Source: Dimorphilus gyrociliatus (taxonomy: Eukaryota; Animalia; Annelida). From it: DNA of 64,000 nucleotides. The notes under the pieces were generated by a model. It did no database searches, was not told the origin of the DNA, and worked only from the letters and a program-made list of their open reading frames with translations. The stretch covers positions 1,589,601 to 1,653,600 of the forward strand of contig CAJFCJ010000006.1 of the NCBI GenBank assembly GCA_904063045.1, given 5' to 3'. Positions 40,870 through 52,465 of the stretch are shown here, in pieces (positions within the stretch are counted from its first letter, which is position 1; the number at the start of each line of letters is the position of its first letter). Position numbers and translations under genes: made by a program.

Positions 40870-41118
40870 ATGCTGTCGTTCAAGAATATCATCGTTATTT
40901 TCGTATTATTATCTGTAATTTCATCTATGACTTTTGCAATGCCGGCTACAAGTAGTCAGTGCATTAAAAAGGCAAGAGTCGCATTAACTGAAACTGGTTG
41001 GAGACATTTCCTAAGACTTTACAAGATGTTATGCGACAACTACGATTTTGAAACTTGTTGCAGTACCATTCTGAAAAGTAGCATAAATGCCGAAAAGAGT
41101 TTCTTAGAGGAACAATAA
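40870..41118 (+). CDS. Small secreted cysteine-containing peptide, 82 aa, single exon, family unknown
   Basis: ATG after a purine-rich leader, hydrophobic signal peptide (cleavage near TFA-MP), Cys at 31, 55, 63 and 64, and AATAAA overlapping the stop. Confidence 0.65.
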   Translation: MLSFKNIIVIFVLLSVISSMTFAMPATSSQCIKKARVALTETGWRHFLRLYKMLCDNYDFETCCSTILKSSINAEKSFLEEQ

Positions 41119-42539
41119 AAGTACAAGAAGAAGAAGAAGAAAAAGAAGAACAATAATAAGAAGAACAATAACAACAACAACAAAACTTAAACATTCTTAT
41201 AAACTTTACGGTAGCTTGTTGCCTATTTTGTTTAGCATTTTTGAAAAGAAAAAAAAAAGACTTCTATCTTTTTCTTTCCCCTCTAACCCAAATATTTTTC
41301 TTTTCATATTTATTTGGTTGGCCGATTATTGTATATATTTAAATATATTTTTATTTCTACTTTATATTTTTTCTGTTTTTATTCGTAGAATAAAGAATTC
41401 AAAGTGAACAAAAAAAAACAGACAAAAAACGAAAGTGTTTTTATATAGACATTTCTTATATTGTTAGAAATCAGATGCAAAGAGAAAATTAATGATAAAA
41501 ATTTTGTTTATTGTAAAAATTTAGGATTCTTTAATAAGTTAAATACTAAAAATAGAATGAAAAAATTATCTCATTACGTAATGGTATCTGTTCAAAATCC
41601 AGTCAATTTGAAAAAGGCAAAAAAAATATAGCCTAGTTAAAAACCTTCGAAGTTGTAAATAATTATATATATATATATATGTATATACAGTATATGTATA
41701 TTGCTAAATAAGAAATAATAGACAGGAAATAAGGAATTCAAAGTTGCAGCTTGGAAATTAATTGCAACTGCAAAAGATTGATTTATATTTCCTGTTTGGA
41801 TTGAATATTAATCTCATTGATTACATTAAAGAGAAAGAAGTTAATTGTTTTTTCTCCCTCCTTCTAAAAACTAATTTTTTCTATATTTCAATGTTTTCCT
41901 TTTCTTGTTCCAACTTAATTAACCATTCAACCATCTTAATCTTCTTCTCCTTATAATTTATATTTCTTTTTTGTCTCTTTTAAATAACCTTTAATCTTTT
42001 ATGATTAATTGCTAAATTATATAGAGACAAGAATTTACTGTATTAAAAAAGAATTGTAATTATACTTTTAGTTTTATCTTTGACTTTTTTTACAGTTTTA
42101 GTATTAATACTTTATATCAATTAAACGGAACGAGGAGTCTGTCTTATTTTGATTATTACAGTTTAGTCATTAAATTGGGTACAAGATCGATTAAACCAGG
42201 CACTTGTAACATTTTTATTTTTGATAGAAATCGAAATAATTAAAGGGTATCTATCAAAAAAGAAAATCAATTTCGTAGACGTTTTAAATTCATTTTTTTT
42301 TTCAATTTCTATGAATAATATTCCTATTAATAATAATAATTACTTTTGAATATTTTTTATATTAATTTCTCAAGAACTATGTCCTGAAATAGGCCTAAGG
42401 AGAAGTGATTATAGATAACTGATTGTTGGACATTGCTTTGTACTTAATAAAAATTAGAGGAGAAAAATAACAAAGAAAACATTTATTATATTAGATATAT
42501 GGTATTTTAATATATATTTACTGTATATATCGAGACAGG

Positions 42540-42582
<43 letters not shown>

Positions 42583-42971
42583 AATACATGAACTAATATG
42601 TAAATTATATATATATATATATATTTAAAATTTAAAGAAATATTCTTTAAGCCTATATAATGCTTATGAAAGAAAATTATTTATGTAAATATTATTCAGA
42701 ATAACTTATAGTCTTCTCCGCTTGTTTTTGCAACTCTGAGTCCTTCAAATTCTTTGTGAAATGTCTACAAATATATACAAATACATACATATAACATAAT
42801 ATATATATGTATATTCATAAACATCTGTAATTTCGATTAGTCGTTAAAGAATTGATAATATCTTAGGAAAATAGTCCTCGTCTTTCATAAGTATAAATCA
42901 TTAAATCTCTTTTTCTATTTATCTATGCCCTTTCTTTTTTTCACTTCCTTCATTTTGCATTGGAATTGAAA

Positions 42972-44831
42972 ATGACACTTTTCAATTTGGTTACATTCTC
43001 TGTAAGCAGCTTTATTTATATACAAATGATGTGTATAGTTACTTCATCAAATGAAACAAGTATCTTATTAACAAATTTCAAAAAGTCTGAATCAACTATG
43101 ACCTCCAATAGTTTAATTCTCCAGATGAAAACAGCTAACAAATTTGAATGTTTTATGGAATGCTCTCTAAGATTGGAATGCCTATTCTTAAACTATAACT
43201 TAACCAAGAATTGTTACCTCTTTGCATCCGAATGTGAGGGATGTTTTCAAAAAGTTATGAGTTCTAGTTGTTCGAAAAGAGGTAATTTTGATGGTTCAAA
43301 ATGCAATTGTAAACTTGGTTATTATGGCGATATTTGTCAATTTGGTATGTATTGTTTACTGTTCCCCTACCCTTTCTCTCTCTATATATAAAAGTATTAT
43401 TATATTAGTCTTTAATAATCGAGTAATCCTGTTTCTTCGTGAACATATTGATGCCTATAGATACTTGTCAGAATATATCCTGTCAGAATGGCGGAACTTG
43501 TCAAACTGGAGTTGATAATCAGTTGTTTAAATGCCAGTGTCCTCCCGGCTACAACGGTAGTCTTTGTGAAATAGGTGAGTGGAAAACCATTGTTGAATTA
43601 TTTAAAATGAGAGAAAGAGAGAGAAAGGTGATATCTTTCGCGGGTTAATCTCACAAAGAGAAAAAATTCCATATTATCATTAAAGGATGTCAAGACTAAA
43701 CTGCACAATGTAATAATATCATTTCATAGTTATGATTACGTAACTTGAATATTCATTATATTAATGATTCATCATTCATATGCATTTATGTACGATACAT
43801 AATTCGCTTTACGTATGTGAGAGTTTATCTGCTATCAGCTAACCTTGGACTTTATCAATGATAACGATCGGTCATGTGCCGAATACGTGAAGCTTAGCTT
43901 GAAGTTCTGGTATACAATAATTATCTGTTTATCCCTTAGAAATATGTTCATCTTCTAATCTCTGTTTGAATTTCGGGACATGCGTACCTTTTGATAACCA
44001 ATGGAATTACAAATGCACATGCATCACAGGATACGATGGTTTGAATTGTGAAATAGGTTAATTTACCCATTATCTTATCTCTCTTACCCCTACCCCCTAC
44101 CCTCTTTGTCTATCTCGCTATCTCCTCACTATCTAAAATACTTTTACTACAAGATCCTAATTCATTGCAAATTATTCAGATAATGGTACAACTGTCACAA
44201 AAACCGTAAAGATCAATTATTCTCCAACACCTTTAGGTGTTGGCGTTGGAACCTGGCAAACCGAGAGGTTATGTCCAACAGCCTATTATTTAATCGGATT
44301 AAAGTTAAATGTACTTTTTATATTCGTATTAACAAAATCTCTTTTAGTAAAAGGTTTCTTTGTCGTACCCTTTAGTCTGAAGCAATAGTAAGTTACACAG
44401 ATCTTAGCGGGATCAATCAGATAACTTTTACGTGTAAAAGACCGTACGATGGTGATGAAAAAGTATTCAATACCTATAGTGGAGGTAGTTGCGAAGCGCA
44501 AGGTACAACTTATTCTTCGTCTTTATGTTCAAGCGGCAAGTATTTAGCAAACTTTAAAGTGGCTGTTAACACTAAAAGCTACTCTGATGAAACTGGGTTG
44601 GAGTCAATAGCTTTTAAATGTAAAACTCCAATAGAAAACGGCGCTAGTGGAAATTGGATTATAGCATCAGGCAGTTGGAATGTAGCACAGTCATTAGAGC
44701 CTTGGCACTATTCAGATGGCCAATGCTCAACTAATGAAGTTGGTTGCGGATTTCGAGTTAAGGCAGAAATGTGTCAATCTTCAGATGATGCCGGTATTCT
44801 TGACATTGAGCTTAAATGCTGTGCTATATAG
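42972..44831 (+). CDS. Secreted PAN/apple - EGF x3 - VMO1 (vitelline membrane outer layer-like beta-prism) protein, 5 exons
   Basis: Signal peptide; PAN-like FECFMECSLRLECLFLNY...NCYL; EGF exons (CQNGGTC...CQCPPGYNGSLCE; CLNFGTC...CTCITGYDGLNCE); three VMO1-like repeats ending DDAGILDIELKCC. Confidence 0.85.
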
Positions 44832-45037
44832 GGACGCTTATGTAATGTAAATATGGTTTTTCCTTTATTTCGATAACTTAAGAAAAGAAAATTCGGTAAA
44901 TTGAACTAAAAATGGATTGTAAATCAATAGGGAAGTCTGCTTCGCATAAATACATACATAATTCTATTGTAATTTTATGAATAAAACTTATAAAAAGATT
45001 ATTTGACTCCGAAATTCAATAAAAGTTTCCACTTCCT

Positions 45038-47115
45038 TTAGAGGACATCATCAAACTTTATTGGACTGTGTAAACCTCTTAAAATTTCTCCATAGTTACG
45101 TTCAGTATCTGGGTCTATAAAGCCATGTTGGACGAGAAAGTGTAAGAGAACTGCAGCCGAACTAGGGGTAAATTTTTGTTCAGCTACGAGCAGTGCCACC
45201 TGCATATTGATTAACACAATTTAGTAAATTATATCTTAGACGGTATGAGTATTTAACGTACTTTTTCTATTTCTAATAGTTCAAATTTCTCTACTTCCCC
45301 ATCAGAGTTAATGGGTTTAAAATCAAAGGGTAATAGCAAGTCTAAGACATACTCTTCCTCCGCATAAATTCCTTTTTCATTATTAAAAATATAGCTGAAA
45401 AAGGCGAAAGTTATAAACATTTTCAAGCTGTTAGATTAACTCGAAGTGAAACGAACCTAACAGCCCCTGTAGGTATCGCTTGTTTAACCAATGAAGGATC
45501 AATACTAGCTTCTTCAGCGCTTTCCTTTATAGCGCATTCCATTACACTTAACCCTGCCGGAAGTCCACCCCCAACCTATATTTTAAACAAATCAAACTTT
45601 AAGCAAAACAATACGTTTGAAGGTTTAAAAGAAAAACAAAAGTATTCCCTACAATTTGATCAAGACAACCGGGAAAAGTTTGCTTATTTTGACTTCGTGT
45701 GGCGACCCACATGCAAATTCCCTTTTCCGGATGGTTGACGTAGCCATTTATGTGAACTCCCCTTTGTATAACTCCGAATAGACCTAAAACGATTATATTA
45801 TTCAATAAAGCTTTTAATCTAATATTTACATTAAGTACTCACTTGCTCCTGCTCTTTCCATTTCAAATAGAGGATCATCGTGAAGACTATTAGAAATGCT
45901 GTATACCTAGAAAGGTTTATTGATTTAAGTTTATTTCATTCACTTTTTATTGATTTATTAAAATGAAATTATAGATATTTGTAAGTTAAAACCTCATCTC
46001 TCCAGCCTTTAAGAGCAACATTAAAACATCCATGGTTCTTCCACTTCCTCAAAATTTCGTCAATTGCTTCTGTTCTTGTAAAAAAGTTCTTATCCACTTT
46101 TTTCGTTAATTCAACGCATGATTCATGAACCTAAATGGTAAACAAATATATAAATTTATATATATTTATAGAGTCTATATTTGAATAGATATTTTAATAT
46201 AAACTTTTGAATGTTCACGAATTTCCCGCCAAATTTCACTCTAAATATAAACTGATAGCGGTGTCCGCTTTTACCCTTAAGACCTTCACAAACTTCGCAA
46301 ACACAATTTCTCTTGCATTCCCTCTTTGTTAAATACACAAATTAATTCTTTATTACTATTCTTAAGAGTTTAACAAATAAATTTAAAATTTTCTTAACAC
46401 CCGTTTTATGATTATCCATTTTTCAAGTAGTACCTTATTTTAGATATTAGTTTTTTCATAAAATGTTACGTATTTCCCTTAGGAGTGAAAAGTTTTCACT
46501 AAAGATTTAATCTTAAATTAAATTTTAAACTCTTAAACTAATCGTTTAAAACCAAAGTTGAAATCTTTATTATTATCTACAAGTCGAAAGTAATTCAGTT
46601 AATTCGTTAATAGATCTTACGACAGAAAAAGCTCCGTTTAAATCATCATTACTGTAAAAACAGACCACTTTGCACCAGGATGTTATTTTAGATACATTCC
46701 TTAACTAAAACAAATAAAAGATTTTCACCCTAAACATTAACTGTAAATATTTTATGGCTTTGGCGGAAAGTGAGGTGTTTGGGTTTTTTTGTTTAAATGA
46801 AAAATGATTAAAATATATGATATTTGCTGATTTTTGTAAAAAATTGCTTACAGAAAATACATCTGGATCTTCTCTCATCATATCTACGACATCAGGTTTA
46901 AGGATACCCACTTTTTTACCATTAACAATAAAGGGTTTACACTGTTTTCTCAAACCTACAGAAATTTCAGAGTTTTTTAAAAGATTCACTGAAATATCCT
47001 TATTTGTTTTATACGTACTCGATGTGCGAAAGCTATTCGACAACTCTAACGTCTTCATAAAACCATCACTAAACCCCATTTTGGCAATAGCCAATCTTTT
47101 TTCTTGGATGTTCAT
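45038..47115 (-). CDS. DUF4743 + Nudix hydrolase (yeast YJR142W / plant NUDT20-like), multi-exon; start at 47115 or 47079
   Basis: CKPFIVNGKKVGIL, LKGWRDE, LFEMERAG, GLFGVIQRGVHINGY, FPGCLDQIVGGG and Nudix box CAIKESAEEASI. Confidence 0.9.
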
Positions 47116-49773
47116 TCTTAGTGGAAGTAAAATAGTAGTTAGACATGAATGCCATCTTACGGCTGTACTGGGAATTACAGTTATTTACAGCTTTTTTTTA
47201 TGAAGTGATTAGGGAGCGGCGGTAACGTTCTTGCGGTTGTTTTTTTTTTTTTTTTGTTGTCTTTAAAGATAAGAATTTTAAAGATAAGTGAGAAATGTCT
47301 TAAAACGATTTAAAAGATGATTAGAATAATAGGCTTGGAAAGTTTACTCTTTGTTAATCTTAAAAGGATTTAATTAATACAATTACTGATTAAATGAATG
47401 ATTATCACTCTTGGGCGTTAGACGGCCGTGCTGAATGACGTATTGAAAAACTATCGGAGCGCGAGTAGGCTGGAATTATTTTCTTTTTCTGCTTTGTAAC
47501 TAACAACGAAGGCGACCCATTAGGATGAATATTTATAAACTTAACCTTATCTAAAACGTAGAACATCCCACCCAACCCCCCCCGTGTTCTTTCATTCGTT
47601 TCCTTATCCGAAATCGTTCAAAAATGCAACAATTTGAAGATTAAGATAGGGAATTGGTTAAGTCATTTACAAACAATAAAACGTTAATTTCTTCTGACAT
47701 TTTTACACCAATAACTTTTTACCAATGAAATTAATAACGCGTATTTGGTTTTATAATCTAGTTTGTCGGGTGGTAACTCCATCTAGTGGGCACAATTCTT
47801 AAGCGTATCTTCCTTGTATATTGTTTTATTAGTAGAGACGGATTTAATCGGCGAGGCCTAAGTGAACTTTTTGTATTCTAAGAACAAGGATGTAGCCTAA
47901 AAAATTTATCCATCGTCGGTCGGGTGCATTACGAACCACTTTGAAAGGGCCTCTAGTAATAAATTTATCCTTTGAAGTGTCAACCACGGGAAACGTTTGT
48001 TTGTCATCGGCGTTGGGCCGCGAATCGGAAAACAACTGTCTTCAAAGCAAGCGTTCATAAACGGCTTCGCTCTAAAAACAAACAATCGGGCGAAAAAGTG
48101 ACGCCCCTCCTTTTCCAACTATAACATTCGATATTGACGGCGCGGCACAGCACGTTTGATCAGGCGTCCGTGTCGAATCGGCGCTAATCGCCGCCGCTTT
48201 AAATTAGGATCGTCTAATAGCGTCTCTCTCCTCTTCTCCCTTGCCCACCATTCGTTTGACCAATTAGCGCACTCTTTTAGACGACCGTGCTATTGTGACG
48301 ACGTTAGGCGTTTGATCGAGTCATTAGCGCGATTGCCGAGTCACGACCGACGCCCAGAAACGGTCGTTACGAAACGTCGCGGGGGTAGACGCCGGCGGTG
48401 ACGCTTTAAGGCTGGGAATAACGAAGATGTTTTCCGTCCTTTTTATTTTGTTTCATTTATCTTTTATCACCCCTTTTTTGCGGAGCCGAGGCTATTTAAA
48501 AATATGTTATTACAGTCACGATCGTGTTCGATTAGGAGCGAAGCGTTTTATAATTTGTATAGGCCTATATTAGCAGTATTTATACCGACGCTCTGTTATT
48601 TAATCTAAAGGAGAAGACAGCCTACGGCCACGAGCCGATATTCGATAAAGTTAACGCCTGCATAATAGAAGACACAAAGAAATTAGACGATAGACGCCTC
48701 CAGACAACTGCCAATAAAAGCGTCGTAATTTGCTCATTCGACTGCCGACCGACTTAATGACTGATTAAAAACATTACAGGAATTCTTCGCTAAATGAGAC
48801 ACACCGAAAATGAAGCGAAAAATCACTTAGAATAAGGGACGAGAATGAAAGAGATATGAGAAGGACAAGAAGGGATTTCTCTGTCCTATCCCTTTTCCTA
48901 TCTAAGCAAGTGCGCGAATTACGGGTTCGACTCACCGAAGCATGAACAGTCAGGGAAGCGTTACAAATATGCTATAATTCCAGTTCCTATCCGCAAAACG
49001 GCTCGTTTGAGCCGACTCGTTCCCCGGCTCCAGGCGACGTGACATTTTAAGCAATGAGCTCCTTCAGTCGATCATTTTATTGCCTGAGAAGTACGCGGAT
49101 TCTGCAGGTCAATCGGCCGGAACAAATGCGAGAGAAGGGCGCCATCGCATATAATTAAGCGGGAGCGAGCGGGGCGAAAGAAATAGAAGACGTGGATATA
49201 TGGATTTTTATACATTATTATAAGCAAGGGTAAAGATAGTCCTATAACGGGGACTGGAAAGAGGAGGGAGCATTAGAAAAATCAGTTAACTACAGACTGG
49301 AACTAAGGCAAGCGGAAGAAAATGATGGCGTCTCGATGGAATTCGATAAGCTGGCGCCAACTTGCTCCGTTCCCAAATGGCCAGTTTAGTGTGCAAAACG
49401 GGTAATTGAGCTTGTTTAACAGTTTATGATAATCGAGACTAGTTCTTGTTCTTGTAGACGATTTTCCTTATCAATTTTTTTTATTATTATTTTCGCACGT
49501 TTACGAAGAAAAACAAGAGAATACGTATTATTTAAAAAAAAAGGCATCTTACACACAATTGCTCTTCTTCTGTCTCCATTCATTCATGAAGAGAATAAAA
49601 CGTTCATTTAGGAAATATATTTATTTATTTATATTGTACACAATATATGCACGTGTTGAATAGATATTTAAGTGAAATTCTCCAGTCCAAAAAATAATAA
49701 TGATAATAATAATGTAATAAGAGGAGATCATCTCCGAAAAAATACCATATGATAAGAGATAATGTCTTATACG

Positions 49774-52465
49774 TTAGGAAGCGTCGGGTGATGATGAAAC
49801 GGAAGTAACTGCACAGTTTTCCCCATTTTCATCTAGAGATTGTAGGCGAAGTTTAGAGGAGTCATCCCCTTCAATGGGCGTTGTTGAAGATGTGACTAAC
49901 GAGTGATCTTGTGAGTTAGGTAAATGATTCTTTAAGGAAGACAATTTTGATTTTTCTTGGGCTCTTATCGTGTCGATATGTCTCTCTCCACCAATTTTAT
50001 ATTCTGCCGCTTCTGTATTTGATATATTCTCCTGCTTTTTCCACTTAGTTCTCCTATTTTGGAACCATATTTTTACCTATAAATAAAAAGAAAAAAAATT
50101 AAAGATACATAGCTTATAACGCTGAGATTTTGGAAGAGAAAGAACAACTAAGAACGCTAAGAAAAATATAGCCCTATACACCATTCCTTCATAATATAAC
50201 CCTAAGGGTTAGTTGCCCGGTATCATGAGTAAAATAAACATAAATTCTTCCACTCTTTTTTTTATCCGCCCCTGAAAATCGTAGCTAAAAACTTCCGTCA
50301 TCGTCTCGTAACTGGTAACATACTTAGGTCGCGGCGAATTAGCGCGTTTGTCAAGCGGCAAAGTGGTTCGTAATCGGAGAAGATTACAACTCTTTCCCCT
50401 TTATATAGAGATATAGTGAACGTAATATACTCGTTTCTTTTCTTATTTTCCTTTCCCTTACTCTGGCTTCTTCACGCAAGAGTTTGTTTAGTAAAGCGAT
50501 TAACGGGTGGGTCTTGTTTATCAACCAACCCCCTTAGCAGAGTTTGTATTCGACCAAACTCAACGAAATAGTTTTATGAGAGATTATTTGATTAGTTGTT
50601 GACTGATATTCGCATCTGGAATTAAACCGATTCCAGTTGAACTAACAGAGCGGGGGACCTTTAACCCCATTCTTACATTAGAAAGTAATAATTTTGTATA
50701 GAGAGGAGGAAGCGATTGCTGCTCAGTAATCTCCTTTTCATTCTCTAAGTATGTATGTAAATCTATTACAATACTCTTACTCAATATATAACTTGTATAT
50801 ACATATATACATATATATGTATATAATTCCATGTGGACTATATCTTATACAAAGTATGTATACATTATTGTATATTGAGAAGAAACTTCACGCCCCTCCG
50901 GGTTCGAATGCACTTAGCAATACTTTTTGTTTTGACTATTAAAAAAACAAACCTGAGTTTCGGTAACGCTCAAAAGCGACGCCATTTCAGCTCTTTCACT
51001 GGAACTCAGATATTTTTTCACTTCAAACTGCTTTTCTAATTCGAATATTTGCCTTCCAGTAAATGTTGTTCTAGCTTTCTTCTTTTTGGGCTTATCGTTG
51101 TTCTGGTTTGAGTCCGTTGAGTCCCTTTCGCTCAACTCGTCCGATGTTTTAGAACGTTTCCGAGTGTTCTGCTGTTGTTCTGTTATTTGTATAGAGTGAG
51201 AGTTAATTGAAACAGTTGGTTTTCTTTAGAAGAAGTCAAAACGACTTGAAAGGCTTTTAAGATTGTTTTCACTTAATGGTGGGACATGTATACGAGAAAA
51301 TTGAGAAATTTTAAGAGAGAATAAAGGGCTTTGTAAAAGATTTTAGATAAAATATGGAACAAGAGTAAGGGTAAAAAACCACATAGAAGTCTTATAGGAA
51401 AGAGTATAAAAGAGAAAGAAGAGAGGGCGAGAGCGAGAAAGCAACATGGCTATTTAACGTGTATAGAAAAACAATGAAAATAATAATATGGCAGTCAGTC
51501 GCAATAGTACACAATAGACTCTATGAAATACAATACCGGGAAAAAAAATAGGAAAATTTCTATAGAGAATAGGCCTAGTTCCGGAAGAGTTTCTTATCTT
51601 GGGCAGAAACCGTCTCTAAACGCCTCGATATAGCCGGAAAAACTTTCGTTTTGATTGAGCGCAGCAGCTCCGTCTCTCGATTCGTCGCGACGATAAGACA
51701 AATTACTTACACTCAATCTGACACTCCTTATCTATCCAACACGCACCAGACATTCTTCATCTGGGGACTTTTCGACTTTTTTGGTAAAGCAAAGTAGTTG
51801 ATCCGACAGAGGAAAATTCGCGCCAAAAAATAAACAATTAACGAGATTAACAATTCAGGCGCTTGAAGCTATTTATAAGCGGTTCTTATTAGAGAAATCG
51901 TAAAAGAAACGCATATCCTAAACTACTCTCGCTACTTTCCTGTCTCTTCTCCAACTCTATCAATAAGTCTTTCTGTCCTTTCCTCATTTTACTTCCCTAT
52001 CTTCTCGTAAAAGATCGAGTTGAGTAGATTGGAAAGAAACAATTAATAGACGGTTATGCGTTCGAACAAAGAGACGCTGTGTTAATTGCCGAGCCGAACG
52101 TTAATGGACTATTGGAAGCTTCTTTTGTCTTTGATAGCGTTCGCGGCGGCTGTAAACATTCCAGATGGAATATAGAACGCGTCTATATCGACCCTGGCGT
52201 TTCCGAGATTAGATAAAACCGATAAAGGGGGTAGAGGGGGAGGGTTATATAGAATAGACCTACCTATTTCTTCCACGACGTCAATAACAGGGCTACAAGG
52301 ATTATAATCGTCTTCGTCGTCACTACTATCGTGATTTTCAACCAAATTCAAAATATTCCTGATATAGTGCGGCGTTGGTGACTTGGGTCCAGCACAGTAG
52401 ACGTGAGGATGCCAAGTTCTGGGCGTCGTGTAGACGCGAAGAAAGGCGTTAGCCGTCGCGTACAT
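49774..52465 (-). CDS. NK7: NK7 homeobox transcription factor; exons 52465-52264, 51180-50953, 50076-49774
   Basis: Homeodomain [45 protein letters not shown]|[14 protein letters not shown], followed by [13 protein letters not shown]; N-terminal eh1-like TPHYIRNIL. Confidence 0.9.

Noticed and set aside
40870-41118. Insulin-like peptide assignment for the 82-aa secreted ORF
   Set aside because: It has only four Cys and the spacing does not fit B-chain C-x11-C and A-chain CC-x3-C-x8-C.
48156-48401. Arg-rich ORFs in the NK7 flanks (also 47844-48118 and 52403-52609)
   Set aside because: They are expected by chance in GC/CpG-rich regulatory DNA and lack domain features or splice support.
48921-48938. 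GGTTCGA B-box/T-loop-like motifs (also near 34964 and 50900) as tRNA genes
   Set aside because: I could not build a cloverleaf, A-box or acceptor stem; at most these are isolated B-boxes.
48999-49014. CGGCTC-GTTT-GAGCCG hairpin (and similar short inverted repeats near 6600 and 53885)
   Set aside because: The 6-7 bp stems are too short for a miRNA precursor and are expected by chance.
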